Of a stretch of 64,000 nt of DNA, positions 9,057 to 18,625 are shown one piece after another. The DNA comes from a virus (lineage: Duplodnaviria; Caudoviricetes), in IMG/VR virus record IMGVR_UViG_3300031555_002578. One strand, given 5' to 3'. The notes under the pieces are model-generated. The model made no database searches, was not told the DNA's origin, and saw only the letters and a program-made list of their open reading frames with translations. Positions within the stretch are counted from its first letter, which is position 1. Every line of letters begins with the position of its first letter. Position numbers and translations under genes: made by a program.

Positions 9057-9311
9057 TTATTCTTCATCTTCAAAATCTTCATTATCATCATAGTAACCTT
9101 CATAATCAACAACACCAATCTGGCTACCTTCTGTAATTACTACTGCTTTATAATCATCACCATAATATGCTCTGATACCATATTCATCAACATCATTCTC
9201 AATACTGATATTCATAGCAAAATCACTACCATATCTCTGCTTCATGCCAATTACAACTTTTGTATCATCATCAAAACATTCAAGCCTATCAATCAGTTCT
9301 CTTACTGTCAT
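9057..9311 (-). CDS. hypothetical acidic phage protein
   Basis: MTVRELIDRLE.FDDD N-terminus typical of small phage proteins. Confidence 0.8.
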   Translation of the reverse strand: MTVRELIDRLECFDDDTKVVIGMKQRYGSDFAMNISIENDVDEYGIRAYYGDDYKAVVITEGSQIGVVDYEGYYDDNEDFEDEE

Positions 9312-9339
9312 AAAATAACCTCTCTTTCAAATTCTCATT

Positions 9340-9594
9340 TCATCTATTATTATTCCAAGTTACAAAATCCTTACCAAACTTACAAGCAAGTTCATTTCTG
9401 CCATCATATCTACCTTCATCGTACATTTCTGCACATTTTTCAAGCCAAGAAATACATAATTCTGTAAATTCACTCTGCAAATATCTATGCTCTTTACTCA
9501 TTTCTTCACAAAATTTATCTTTCTTAAAACCAAATGCGTTCATTTCATCAGAAACAACTTTTACCAAATTTTCTTCTCTTGTATTTTCCTTCAT
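9340..9594 (-). CDS. hypothetical phage protein
   Basis: AAGGAG SD; EHRYLQ and YDGRNE motifs. Confidence 0.8.
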   Translation of the reverse strand: MKENTREENLVKVVSDEMNAFGFKKDKFCEEMSKEHRYLQSEFTELCISWLEKCAEMYDEGRYDGRNELACKFGKDFVTWNNNR

Positions 9595-9606
9595 AATCCA
9601 TTCTCC

Positions 9607-9846
9607 TTAAATTGTGATTCTCCATCCAATGCCTTTCTGTTTTACATTAAATCCACAATCTGCAAACACATCTACTACATTTGCAAGAATTGTTTCTGTT
9701 GCATCATATTTCAGAATGTTATGGTAACAATTTCTGATTTCACTGATTTCAAGTGGTGCAAACTCCTTTCTCTTACCTTCATGCAAATCCTCTACTACAT
9801 GGTGGATTCGCAACAACATAACCTGCTGTTTGTGTGTGTACTTCAT
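9607..9846 (-). CDS. hypothetical phage protein
   Basis: AGGAAGG SD before ATG 9846. Confidence 0.7.
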   Translation of the reverse strand: MKYTHKQQVMLLRIHHVVEDLHEGKRKEFAPLEISEIRNCYHNILKYDATETILANVVDVFADCGFNVKQKGIGWRITI

Positions 9847-9862
9847 CAAATCATCCTTCCTT

Positions 9863-10423
9863 TTATACTGCTTTTGTGTATCCAAGTTTCTTGCCAAAGT
9901 GGGGCAAACTTGTCATAAAGTTACTATTCCACATTGTATCATGCAATTCACTATCAAACTTTTCGTACTCATTATTTCTGTAGTATTCCATACCTTTATC
10001 TGATACTCTTTTCATTTCTGCAAAGTTTGTTCCGTCATGGTGACTGCACTTTACATAGAAATGTCCGTTCTGCTCATAGAATTTGAAATAATCACAATCG
10101 CATCCAAATCCTCTTACAATATCTTCTACTGTTTCTACAAATGTTCCACCTTCTGCTCTGCCATTCCATCTACCTACTGTTCCACAAAGCAGATATGTTG
10201 CATCCTGCATACATTCATTGATTTCTCTCTTAAAATCATTCCATGCAAATTCTTCTTCTAGTCTGATTCTATCCCACACTTTATCGTCTGGAATATCATC
10301 CTTGCTTTCATATTCTTCATAATCATTTTCAAGTTCCATAATGATTTCTCTTGCATCATCTTCGGTACAGAAAAAATCTGTATCATAATTGTCAAAAAAT
10401 CTAATTACATCTTTCTTTCCCAT
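9863..10423 (-). CDS. conserved hypothetical phage protein
   Basis: AAGGAG SD before ATG 10423; GRWNG and SHHDGTN motifs. Confidence 0.85.
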   Translation of the reverse strand: MGKKDVIRFFDNYDTDFFCTEDDAREIIMELENDYEEYESKDDIPDDKVWDRIRLEEEFAWNDFKREINECMQDATYLLCGTVGRWNGRAEGGTFVETVEDIVRGFGCDCDYFKFYEQNGHFYVKCSHHDGTNFAEMKRVSDKGMEYYRNNEYEKFDSELHDTMWNSNFMTSLPHFGKKLGYTKAV

Positions 10424-10606
10424 ATTGTTTCTCCTTCCTTGTGTTGCCGTTTGTGTTGTACTTCCTTTATCTATTATTAATATATCACAACCTTTTTGTT
10501 TTGTCAACATATTTTATAAGATTTTTTAACATATTTTTCAATAAACTTTTATTACAATACACCATACATATAATATAGTGTACTGTAATAAAGGCTTATT
10601 AAGCCT

Positions 10607-10795
10607 TTATCGTTTCCAGAAACGCTTTTTAGCCTTTGCCCTTGCTTCTCTCTTAGCCTGTCTTTCCTGCTTGTATGCAAGGCTCTGTGCGGTCAGAAAA
10701 CGTATTGTTCGTCTGATATTATTACTGTCCAGATATACTTCATCGGGACAAATTACTTCCGTACCATCCTGCGTGATTACAATACACATACTCAT
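10607..10795 (-). CDS. small basic hypothetical protein
   Basis: ORF track; GGAAGGGG SD. Confidence 0.65.
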   Translation of the reverse strand: MSMCIVITQDGTEVICPDEVYLDSNNIRRTIRFLTAQSLAYKQERQAKREARAKAKKRFWKR

Positions 10796-11046
10796 TCCCC
10801 TTCCTTATTCAGTTTAGATTTCATTCGTCTGCATCCCTGCACGCAACCCCACAACCATCCATCAAGGTTCTCAATGCTGTGGCAATAGTTGATAGGTGAA
10901 TTATCATTTTTCAAATAGATAAAATATCCGTCTGCATCATCATATTCAATTTTAGGTTCACCAAAATTATTGATAAAAGGAATTAGAGAATCTTCAATAT
11001 AATCATATTCTTCCTGTGTAAATACATCCTTATATTTATCATACAT
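10792..11046 (-). CDS. hypothetical phage protein
   Basis: SD before ATG 11046; LDGWLWGCVQ motif. Confidence 0.75.
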   Translation of the reverse strand: MYDKYKDVFTQEEYDYIEDSLIPFINNFGEPKIEYDDADGYFIYLKNDNSPINYCHSIENLDGWLWGCVQGCRRMKSKLNKEGE

Positions 11047-11050
11047 TATG

Positions 11051-11266
11051 TCAACCTTCTCTCCACACTTCAAAATTTGTTCTACTATATCTGTTTTCAT
11101 GTAGTATATCAATCAATTTATTTACATCTTTACTTTTGATTTCAACTGCATTATCTGGTGGTTGAATACTAGGATTATCACTTGTAAATAGTTTTCTTTC
11201 TGTATCAATAAATAGATACTTTCTATATCCATAAGTATTTCTTTTTGTCATAAAATAAAGTTTCAA
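11051..11266 (-). CDS. hypothetical phage protein
   Basis: AGGAGTGG SD, TTG start. Confidence 0.75.
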   Translation of the reverse strand: MKLYFMTKRNTYGYRKYLFIDTERKLFTSDNPSIQPPDNAVEIKSKDVNKLIDILHENRYSRTNFEVWREG

Positions 11267-11278
11267 TTAAACCACTCC

Positions 11279-12007
11279 TTAGATAATACTATAAGAATCT
11301 TTATGAATATGCAGATTTTCAATACCATCAACTGTCATAAGATTAAATTCTGCATACGCATTTTCAAGTTCTTTTTTCTTTGCCTGTGCATTTCTATATG
11401 CACTCAACATATTATGAATGTGCATATCAACATTCTCAATGTATTTTTTTTCCGTATGAAAATCATCCATTGTAATATGCTGAATCACATTATCAATTCT
11501 CATTTTATGGTCATATTTTAGATATGCTTTTACTTCATAAGAATTTCCAAAACAATAATCTTTATGATTGATAGCAATAGTATCATAATTATATCCTGTT
11601 AAATAAATTCTACAGTTTGTTTTTTCATAAATTTCATTACGAATTTTATCAAATGTTTTTTCGCCACATCTTTTACCTTCATATTTATTCCATACCTCAA
11701 TGATAATAGGCAATGTTTCATTAAATAATGATGTTTTGGCATTATTCTGCATAATTTTCATTTTCAGTTTTCTAAATGTTTCTACATCTTTCAAATGCTC
11801 AATTTCTAAATCATGTTCTTCTTTTTTCTGTTTAAATTTATCATCTGCTTTTTCATGTTCGACCTTTTCTCTTAAACTTTTGCCATAAAAATATTCATTA
11901 GCAAACTTTCTAAAATTTTCTCTTTCTGTTTTAATTTCATTCTGTGTGTTTTTCAGTTTATCAGACAAAACTTTAATTTCATTTACGATTTCTTCAAATT
12001 TCTTCAT
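11279..12007 (-). CDS. hypothetical coiled-coil phage protein
   Basis: GAGGG SD before ATG 12007. Confidence 0.85.
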   Translation of the reverse strand: MKKFEEIVNEIKVLSDKLKNTQNEIKTERENFRKFANEYFYGKSLREKVEHEKADDKFKQKKEEHDLEIEHLKDVETFRKLKMKIMQNNAKTSLFNETLPIIIEVWNKYEGKRCGEKTFDKIRNEIYEKTNCRIYLTGYNYDTIAINHKDYCFGNSYEVKAYLKYDHKMRIDNVIQHITMDDFHTEKKYIENVDMHIHNMLSAYRNAQAKKKELENAYAEFNLMTVDGIENLHIHKDSYSII

Positions 12008-12020
12008 TGTATCCCTCTTT

Positions 12021-12215
12021 TCAGTCAATCCATCTTTTCTGTTTTACATTGTAAATAGCACCATTACCATCTTGATATTCTTCATTTTTAGAGTAAGTAA
12101 ATCTGTAACACTTTTCTCCATTGATATACATAGGCTGTGGTTTGCCATGTTCCATAGCAAATCTTTCCCTATAACCACCTAGCATAAATGCTTCTCTGTA
12201 TGTATATTCTTTCAT
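12021..12215 (-). CDS. hypothetical phage protein
   Basis: GAAAGGA SD after promoter 12264-12292. Confidence 0.75.
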   Translation of the reverse strand: MKEYTYREAFMLGGYRERFAMEHGKPQPMYINGEKCYRFTYSKNEEYQDGNGAIYNVKQKRWID

Positions 12216-12336
12216 ATCACTTTCCTTTCTGCTGTGTGGTACTCTGTATCTTACTTCTATTACATTGTACCACACAACCTTTTCATTGTCAATGCTTTTT
12301 ATTGTTTTTGTTAAGGATTTTCTAACATTTTATGTA

Positions 12337-12885
12337 TTAAAAAACTTTTTCAAATTCACCACCACAACATCCACATTTGTAACTTTTAGGATTTCTAGTG
12401 AATTTACTTGCTCTCATCTGTCTTACCATTTGACCACAACCCTTGCATTTGAATACATATTTATATTCGTATGTTTCATCAAGTGGCTTTACACCTTTTT
12501 CATCTGCATCAGAACATCTTTTAATGTTGTATCCGTATTTCTTATTTACTTTATCTGCAACGGATTTCCAAGGCTGTCCATGATTCATGCAGTTTGGACA
12601 AGTATGGAGAGGTTCATGAATGATAGTATTTTTCAAACCATCTTTATTCTCCAGAAGTCTATCAGAAATATTGATATGGTATACACTACCAACCTTTTTG
12701 CACTGTCCCCATCTTCTTTTTGCTCTTGTGTTAATGGATACTTCTCTTACCTTACCATAAGGAATATTGAGTGCATCCAGTTCACGCATACATTCAACTG
12801 TTACTTCCCACAAGTACTGCTGTTCCTTGTTTACTGCCATACCATTGATTACTGTGCTAGTTCTAGTTGCTTTTGTCATTCCCAT
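12337..12885 (-). CDS. SprT-like zinc metalloprotease with zinc ribbon
   Basis: RRWGQC, IIHEPLH (HExxH), NHGQPWK, CKGC/CGCC. Confidence 0.85.
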   Translation of the reverse strand: MGMTKATRTSTVINGMAVNKEQQYLWEVTVECMRELDALNIPYGKVREVSINTRAKRRWGQCKKVGSVYHINISDRLLENKDGLKNTIIHEPLHTCPNCMNHGQPWKSVADKVNKKYGYNIKRCSDADEKGVKPLDETYEYKYVFKCKGCGQMVRQMRASKFTRNPKSYKCGCCGGEFEKVF

Positions 12886-13021
12886 AAATCATTACTCCTT
12901 TTCGTCTTGTGTGTTTTGGTTTCTTTATCTTATCTTTAATATAAGTATATCACAACTAAAACGGAAAGTCAATACTTTTTTGTAAATTTTATAAAGTTTT
13001 TTCTTAATATTTTAAGTTGAC

Positions 13022-13050
13022 AATAAGCATTATTAAATAATAATGCTTAT
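13022..13050 (-). terminator. hairpin after second XRE gene
   Basis: ATAAGCATTATT-AAAT-AATAATGCTTAT perfect inverted repeat. Confidence 0.6.
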
Positions 13051-13274
13051 CAATAAATCTTATTACCATTAGGAAACTCAAAATAGGAATGATACTCACA
13101 ACCTAAGATTTCAGCCATTTGATACATTTCTTCCTTTGTGAATTTACCATTAGAAAGCCTTTTAGAAATAGACTGTTGGCTCATGCCCATGCCTTTCCCT
13201 AATCGTGTCATGCTGATTCCAGACAACTTACAAGCAGTTTGTACTTGCTCTTTTAATGTACTTCTTTTCAACAT
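13050..13274 (-). CDS. XRE-family helix-turn-helix regulator (paralog of 999-1223)
   Basis: GISMTRLGKGMGMSQQSISKRLSNGKF; shared C-terminus GCEY.S.F.FP.GNK. Confidence 0.85.
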   Translation of the reverse strand: MLKRSTLKEQVQTACKLSGISMTRLGKGMGMSQQSISKRLSNGKFTKEEMYQMAEILGCEYHSYFEFPNGNKIY

Positions 13275-13348
13275 ATCACCACCATTTTATTTTTGTTTAT
13301 TACAATTTTTTCCTATTATATCACAACCATAACAGAATGTCAATGCCT

Positions 13349-13495
13349 TTATTCAGCCTTTACAGACCATTTTAAGATACTTCCAGATTGCTTACCATTG
13401 TCCAGTACACCCATAAAAGAATACGCTTCTAACAGGCTATAAACAACCTTATAGAATACCTTACCATGCTTGTCTGTATATGTAAATCTAATCAT
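13349..13495 (-). CDS. small hypothetical protein
   Basis: GGAG SD before ATG 13495 within track ORF 13349-13558. Confidence 0.6.
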   Translation of the reverse strand: MIRFTYTDKHGKVFYKVVYSLLEAYSFMGVLDNGKQSGSILKWSVKAE

Positions 13496-13499
13496 TAAA

Positions 13500-13748
13500 T
13501 CAACTCCATAAATGCTGTATATCTTCAAATGATGTTTTATATTTCTTTTTGCTTTCATGTTTCGTATAACGCATGAACATTTCTTTTGCTTTCAGTCTAT
13601 CACTAGACCAACATACTAATCTCCATGATTCCACTTTATTCCCATTTTCATAGTAGGAATACTTCTCTTGAATTTCATATCTTAACTGTGAATGTGTACC
13701 ATAACACCGCACAAGTCTGTATTTCTCATTTGCATCATATACTATCAT
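13500..13748 (-). CDS. hypothetical phage protein
   Basis: AAGGGTG SD. Confidence 0.75.
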   Translation of the reverse strand: MIVYDANEKYRLVRCYGTHSQLRYEIQEKYSYYENGNKVESWRLVCWSSDRLKAKEMFMRYTKHESKKKYKTSFEDIQHLWS

Positions 13749-13752
13749 AAAA

Positions 13753-14016
13753 TCACCCTTTATGTTTGTTTACATAATATTTACATCTTTTAATAATCAT
13801 ATAATCACTTTTGTCTGAATGTCTTAAACAATATTTAACCAAATCCAATAACATATCATTTGATAAGGATACAAAATCTTTTTCAAACTGTCTTGTGGCT
13901 CTGCCAGTCATTATGTATCTGTTGACTGCATACAATACCCAATCAGCACAATTATCTGTTTCTTTATATCTGTTGCATACCTTTTGTAATTCCCATAGTT
14001 TATTTTCAATATCCAA
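13753..14016 (-). CDS. hypothetical phage protein
   Basis: AAGGA SD, TTG start. Confidence 0.75.
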   Translation of the reverse strand: MDIENKLWELQKVCNRYKETDNCADWVLYAVNRYIMTGRATRQFEKDFVSLSNDMLLDLVKYCLRHSDKSDYMIIKRCKYYVNKHKG

Positions 14017-14021
14017 TCAAA

Positions 14022-14420
14022 TCATCCTTTCATTTCTTTTAACCATCCATTTTCATACGGTTTACGATGTTTTCCCATATTGAAAATATACATAATTGCA
14101 TCACAAATTTGTTTTGCATACTGCATATCGATAATATGTTTATCAATATTTGATGCTTTAATATAATTTCTACTAAGTTTTACTTCTGTATATTGTGGAT
14201 AGAAAATATCTATTGTTTCATTACATTCAACATAGATTTTCAATCCTGCTTCTTTTAATTTTTCATTTGATTCAACAGATACAAAACTGATTGTGCCACT
14301 TGTATTTTGGTCAAAACGCAATTTTATACCATTTATATCATACACATATACTGTGTATTCACCAAGAATATCTCTGTCAATTTTATTTTCTTTTTCTAAC
14401 ACAATAAACATTTTATCCAT
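14022..14420 (-). CDS. hypothetical phage protein
   Basis: AGGAGG SD after promoter 14468-14496. Confidence 0.8.
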   Translation of the reverse strand: MDKMFIVLEKENKIDRDILGEYTVYVYDINGIKLRFDQNTSGTISFVSVESNEKLKEAGLKIYVECNETIDIFYPQYTEVKLSRNYIKASNIDKHIIDMQYAKQICDAIMYIFNMGKHRKPYENGWLKEMKG

Positions 14421-14531
14421 ATCATCAATCCTCCTTGCATTGTGTGTCATACCTTATCTTCTCTTATAGTATAACACACAATGTTTTCGTTGTCAATACC
14501 TTTTTAGAAATTTGTTTAAGGATTTTCTGGA

Positions 14532-15020
14532 TTATTCGTACCAATCATCATCCTCATCATAATCATCATCCTGTTCCCAACCTTGATTCGGGTCACTTTC
14601 ACTCGGAGAAACATACTCATAGTTCATTTCTTTTGTAGTGATTTTGATAGGATATTCAAGTGCAGAATTATCATCATCATAACAAGCCATCATGATACCC
14701 AACCAACGCAGTTCACAACTAATAGGTTCATCATTATAATAGTGCATCAGATTTTCATGGTCTGTTTCATTCCCTGTGCAATGCCATGTTCCCTTTTTCA
14801 TTCTTCTAACGATTTCTGGAATCATGCCTTTATTCCACTCTGGAATAAGGTCATACACATCGTATCCACCAAACATTCCATAACCATCATAACAACCTTC
14901 ATAAATTGCCTTGCCATACTTATGCTGAAATTCTTTTGGTACAAGCAAATAGGTATCTGCCTTTTTTCCATCGATTACCTGTCTTTCTGTATCAGAATAA
15001 ATCCAACTAAACTGTCCCAT
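14532..15020 (-). CDS. conserved hypothetical phage protein (MGQFSW family)
   Basis: AAAGGAG SD; YDGYGMFGGYDVY, DPNQG motifs; acidic tail. Confidence 0.85.
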   Translation of the reverse strand: MGQFSWIYSDTERQVIDGKKADTYLLVPKEFQHKYGKAIYEGCYDGYGMFGGYDVYDLIPEWNKGMIPEIVRRMKKGTWHCTGNETDHENLMHYYNDEPISCELRWLGIMMACYDDDNSALEYPIKITTKEMNYEYVSPSESDPNQGWEQDDDYDEDDDWYE

Positions 15021-15125
15021 AATATATCTCCTTTCATGTGTTACTTTATCTTATCTTCTCTTATAATATACCATATATCCTCTTTATTGTCAATACTTTT
15101 TCAGAAATTTATTTAAGGATTTTCT

Positions 15126-15797
15126 TTATCTTTTAACATCTTTGTATACAGGATTGTTTTTACCTTCAATATAAATTGAATATGTTGTCACTCTACCACT
15201 TTCATCCCTATGAAGATATATTTTTTTAATTTGAGATTTTCTACAAGATTTATAACCATTTCTTTTATTGACAATATTGATAATTTTATTTGCATCAAAA
15301 TTATTTAATTCATTTGCACCAATTTCATATCGTTTATTTCTTCTTCTGCTATCTCTTTTCTTACTACTATTGATTGCAATATCATAATCCATTGTATAAA
15401 GAAGTGTTTTATTTTCTTTATCATCCCATCTGTTAAAGTTCAGACCATAATATTTCAATTCAATTTTATTAACATTTGCTTTATATGTTCCGTATGGTTT
15501 ATCACTTTCCTCAACTACCAGATTCACATTATATACAATACAAAATTTGACTTCATCAATAATACTTTCTTCATTTGTAATATAAATCATAATGTGTTTT
15601 CTATTTTCTTCTGCATTAGGATTATACAGTTTCACAAAACCATTTTTATCACTATACATAACTCTGGATTCTTTTGTATTAAAGATATAACCTTCATTGA
15701 TATACTTCATCATGATATAGGTCATTGTACCTTCAATATGTTGCATTGTGATGCCTGTTGTTGCTTTTGTAACTTCCTGCATTGTCCATGTATTCAT
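15126..15797 (-). CDS. hypothetical phage protein
   Basis: AAAGGAG SD after promoter 15841-15869. Confidence 0.85.
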   Translation of the reverse strand: MNTWTMQEVTKATTGITMQHIEGTMTYIMMKYINEGYIFNTKESRVMYSDKNGFVKLYNPNAEENRKHIMIYITNEESIIDEVKFCIVYNVNLVVEESDKPYGTYKANVNKIELKYYGLNFNRWDDKENKTLLYTMDYDIAINSSKKRDSRRRNKRYEIGANELNNFDANKIINIVNKRNGYKSCRKSQIKKIYLHRDESGRVTTYSIYIEGKNNPVYKDVKR

Positions 15798-15941
15798 AAC
15801 TTTTCTCCTTTCATGTGTTGCTTTATCTTATCTTTACTATAGTATATCACATCTTTTTCATTGTGTCAATATCTTTTTTATGTTTTTATAAAGTTTTTCC
15901 TAATTTATTTTAGGAAGGAAGGGAGTGGATTTCTCCACCCC

Positions 15942-16289
15942 TTATCTAATTTCATATCCACAAGGGAACATTTCTCCAATTTCTTTATAGTTTGTATAAA
16001 TCTTACAACCAGATTTTACATAGTTTTCAATATTGTTTCTAAAAATATGTACGATTGCATCCAGATTGTATCTACTGTTTTCAAACTGTTTCATGCACAT
16101 CATTGTAAATTCCTGTGTTACTTCACTTCGCTGAATACCAGTAGTGCATCTATTGTACCATCGTTTAATTGTATCACCCATAGAAAACGCAAAGTTATAA
16201 GCCAACATTTGTTCAGCAGTACATACCTGCTTATCTACATTTCTGATTTTATGCTGTTTGCTGATATATTCGTTATAAGGTTTTTTCAT
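15942..16289 (-). CDS. hypothetical phage protein
   Basis: AAAGGA SD after promoter 16338-16366. Confidence 0.8.
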   Translation of the reverse strand: MKKPYNEYISKQHKIRNVDKQVCTAEQMLAYNFAFSMGDTIKRWYNRCTTGIQRSEVTQEFTMMCMKQFENSRYNLDAIVHIFRNNIENYVKSGCKIYTNYKEIGEMFPCGYEIR

Positions 16290-16399
16290 AGTGTCTACTT
16301 CCTTTCGTGTTGTGTGCTTTTGTCTTACTTCTCCTTTATTGTATCACAACCTTTTCGGAATGTCAACACCTTTTTAGAAATTTTATAAGATTTTTTATC

Positions 16400-16753
16400 T
16401 TATCTTTCATTGCTGAAATAATGAGCATTGATATATTTTCTCCATTTATACAGATTATGTACCAGTTCGTCAATGCCTGTAGCATATTCAATTCTAGGAT
16501 AGAATGGAGAATTTGTATTGTATCTTACATACATTTTGTATTCGCCATTCATTCTTTCAAATGTCCATTCAGTATTGTCTACACTTCTTCCGTCAATGAT
16601 TCTAAAAGAATAGTTTTTATTCACAATACCTTTTTCCAAAAATCTCTTGCAGTCTGCCTTGCTAGTAATTTTGAAAGGTTTTCTACCTTTATACATTCCT
16701 GCATCCCACATCATCATTTCATTGTTCAGTACATCATTATAGATTCTTACCAT
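16400..16753 (-). CDS. hypothetical phage protein
   Basis: AAAGGA SD after promoter 16810-16838. Confidence 0.8.
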   Translation of the reverse strand: MVRIYNDVLNNEMMMWDAGMYKGRKPFKITSKADCKRFLEKGIVNKNYSFRIIDGRSVDNTEWTFERMNGEYKMYVRYNTNSPFYPRIEYATGIDELVHNLYKWRKYINAHYFSNER

Positions 16754-16885
16754 AATACCATTCCTTTCATTGTCTACACTTGTTTGTGGTTTCGTTTATC
16801 TTTATATACATATTACCACAAAAACATTGTGCTGTCAACACCTTTTCGGAAAGTTTTTTAAGGAATTTATAATTTAGTTTCTAAA

Positions 16886-17057
16886 ATCATAATTGTTCAT
16901 ATTATGGTATTACTACCTTCTTATATCCACTTTATAGCCCCTGTATCAGTCAGATGCTATAAACTGGATACAAGTATCCAGTCATAAGATAAACGCACAC
17001 ACAAGCCAAGGAAAGGCTCAAAATATAGTCTATATATCCGATAGGATATATGGATTA
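16886..17057 (-). ncRNA. putative structured small RNA / 3' UTR
   Basis: ORF-free, five consecutive inverted repeats. Confidence 0.35.
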
Positions 17058-17516
17058 TCAAAATTCATAGTCATAATAATATTCTGCTATACCAAAGGAT
17101 ACATTTGCCCTATGGTATTTTGTAATTTTACCCTTTGTCTTTAATTTATCAATATCAATACTGTTTTGTGCAAGGAATAATTGCACATGAATATCATCAA
17201 TCTCATTGAGAATATCTTTCGTTACAATAATTGTCCAATACCAGTATTTACCTCTTTTTGTCATAATTCTAATAGGTTTATCTGGATTACTAAACAGTTC
17301 CCAAGTATTAGTCATAGGTTCACCAATACTCTTATGGTCAAGTTCACGCACTTTAATATGCTTTTGGTCTGTCACTTCCACAACTTCGTATGGATGCCTG
17401 TCAGACCAAGAATATTCTGTCATTCCTGTACCTACTTTGATTTCGTCACAAAACATTCTATTTTCTTCCAGTCTATTACTCAGACTTCCATACCAAGTTT
17501 TGCTCATAAATTCCAC
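17058..17516 (-). CDS. conserved hypothetical phage protein
   Basis: VGTGMTEYSWSDRHPYEV motif; YYDYEF end. Confidence 0.85.
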   Translation of the reverse strand: MEFMSKTWYGSLSNRLEENRMFCDEIKVGTGMTEYSWSDRHPYEVVEVTDQKHIKVRELDHKSIGEPMTNTWELFSNPDKPIRIMTKRGKYWYWTIIVTKDILNEIDDIHVQLFLAQNSIDIDKLKTKGKITKYHRANVSFGIAEYYYDYEF

Positions 17517-17519
17517 CCC

Positions 17520-17786
17520 TTATTCTTCAATCAAATGGTAAACATCAATCTTCCATACAATAGGATAAACTTCATCCATTGTCCCCATAGACACATCCCA
17601 GTCAAACCATTCTGCACAATTATCAAGTCCGTCAATGATATGTCTTGCAACACCCATATCATCCTCTTTGATAAAATGAATTGCCATATCTTTCATGCTT
17701 TCTCTATCATGGATACAGTTTTCTTCTTCATTTAACTGTATCATAAGTTCATTAAAAGATTTATTATCATAGTCCTGTCTTGTCAT
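17520..17786 (-). CDS. hypothetical acidic phage protein
   Basis: GAAGGG SD. Confidence 0.8.
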   Translation of the reverse strand: MTRQDYDNKSFNELMIQLNEEENCIHDRESMKDMAIHFIKEDDMGVARHIIDGLDNCAEWFDWDVSMGTMDEVYPIVWKIDVYHLIEE

Positions 17787-17887
17787 AGATAAAACCCTTC
17801 TTTCATCTAAATATCAACTTCCTTACTGTATCTCTTTACTATAATATATCATACTTTATATGTTTTGTCAACATATTTTTTCAAATT

Positions 17888-18151
17888 TTATTCTGATTTT
17901 CCATATCCTCTAGGCAATAACATTTTCCCTAATTTAATAGCCAACTTATCAATTTCTGTTGGTCTGATAGGTTCATATCCTAATGCCTGTTCATATGTAA
18001 TGTCAAGCACTTCTCCTGTATTCTTATCCATTGCTTTCCATTTACCTTTGCCATTTTCAATCTTACGATATAAGTCATAATTATTGATATAGGATACATA
18101 ATCATATCCATTTAATTTATCATTCATATTGCACATCCTTCCATGTTCCAT
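17888..18151 (-). CDS. hypothetical phage protein
   Basis: ORF track; true start probably slightly downstream. Confidence 0.75.
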   Translation of the reverse strand: MEHGRMCNMNDKLNGYDYVSYINNYDLYRKIENGKGKWKAMDKNTGEVLDITYEQALGYEPIRPTEIDKLAIKLGKMLLPRGYGKSE

Positions 18152-18476
18152 CTGCTTTTCTCTGTCTTACTTCCAGATTGATTATTTCTGCCCACGCAGA
18201 CTGTATATCCATATAAAAAGCAATATCTTTATTGTATGGTCTATACCCAATAATTTCTACATTTTCATTGTATACACAATACAGACCATCAAAAAATTTA
18301 TAGGATACTTCCCACATATCACCAAGTTCTTTATTGCTTAACAGTTTCAGACCAAGTGCGTCTGTTACCAGTTCAATATGTTCCATCTTTACAAATCCTT
18401 TGTTGATTTCATTTCTGTGCTGTGCATATTTTCTAAAGGCAAGTTCTACAATACCTCTCATCCCTTCCAATGTCAT
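18120..18476 (-). CDS. hypothetical phage protein
   Basis: AAGGAG SD after promoter 18521-18549. Confidence 0.8.
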   Translation of the reverse strand: MTLEGMRGIVELAFRKYAQHRNEINKGFVKMEHIELVTDALGLKLLSNKELGDMWEVSYKFFDGLYCVYNENVEIIGYRPYNKDIAFYMDIQSAWAEIINLEVRQRKADGTWKDVQYE

Positions 18477-18625
18477 GTGTTTTTCTCCTTCCTTATATCC
18501 TTTACTTTATCTTCTCCTTTATTATACACCCTTTTCATTGTGTTGTCAATAGGTTTTTCTTAATTTGCACAACTTTTTTTATAAGGATATGAGCAAGTAT
18601 TTCTCCTGCCCATATCCTCTTTTGT

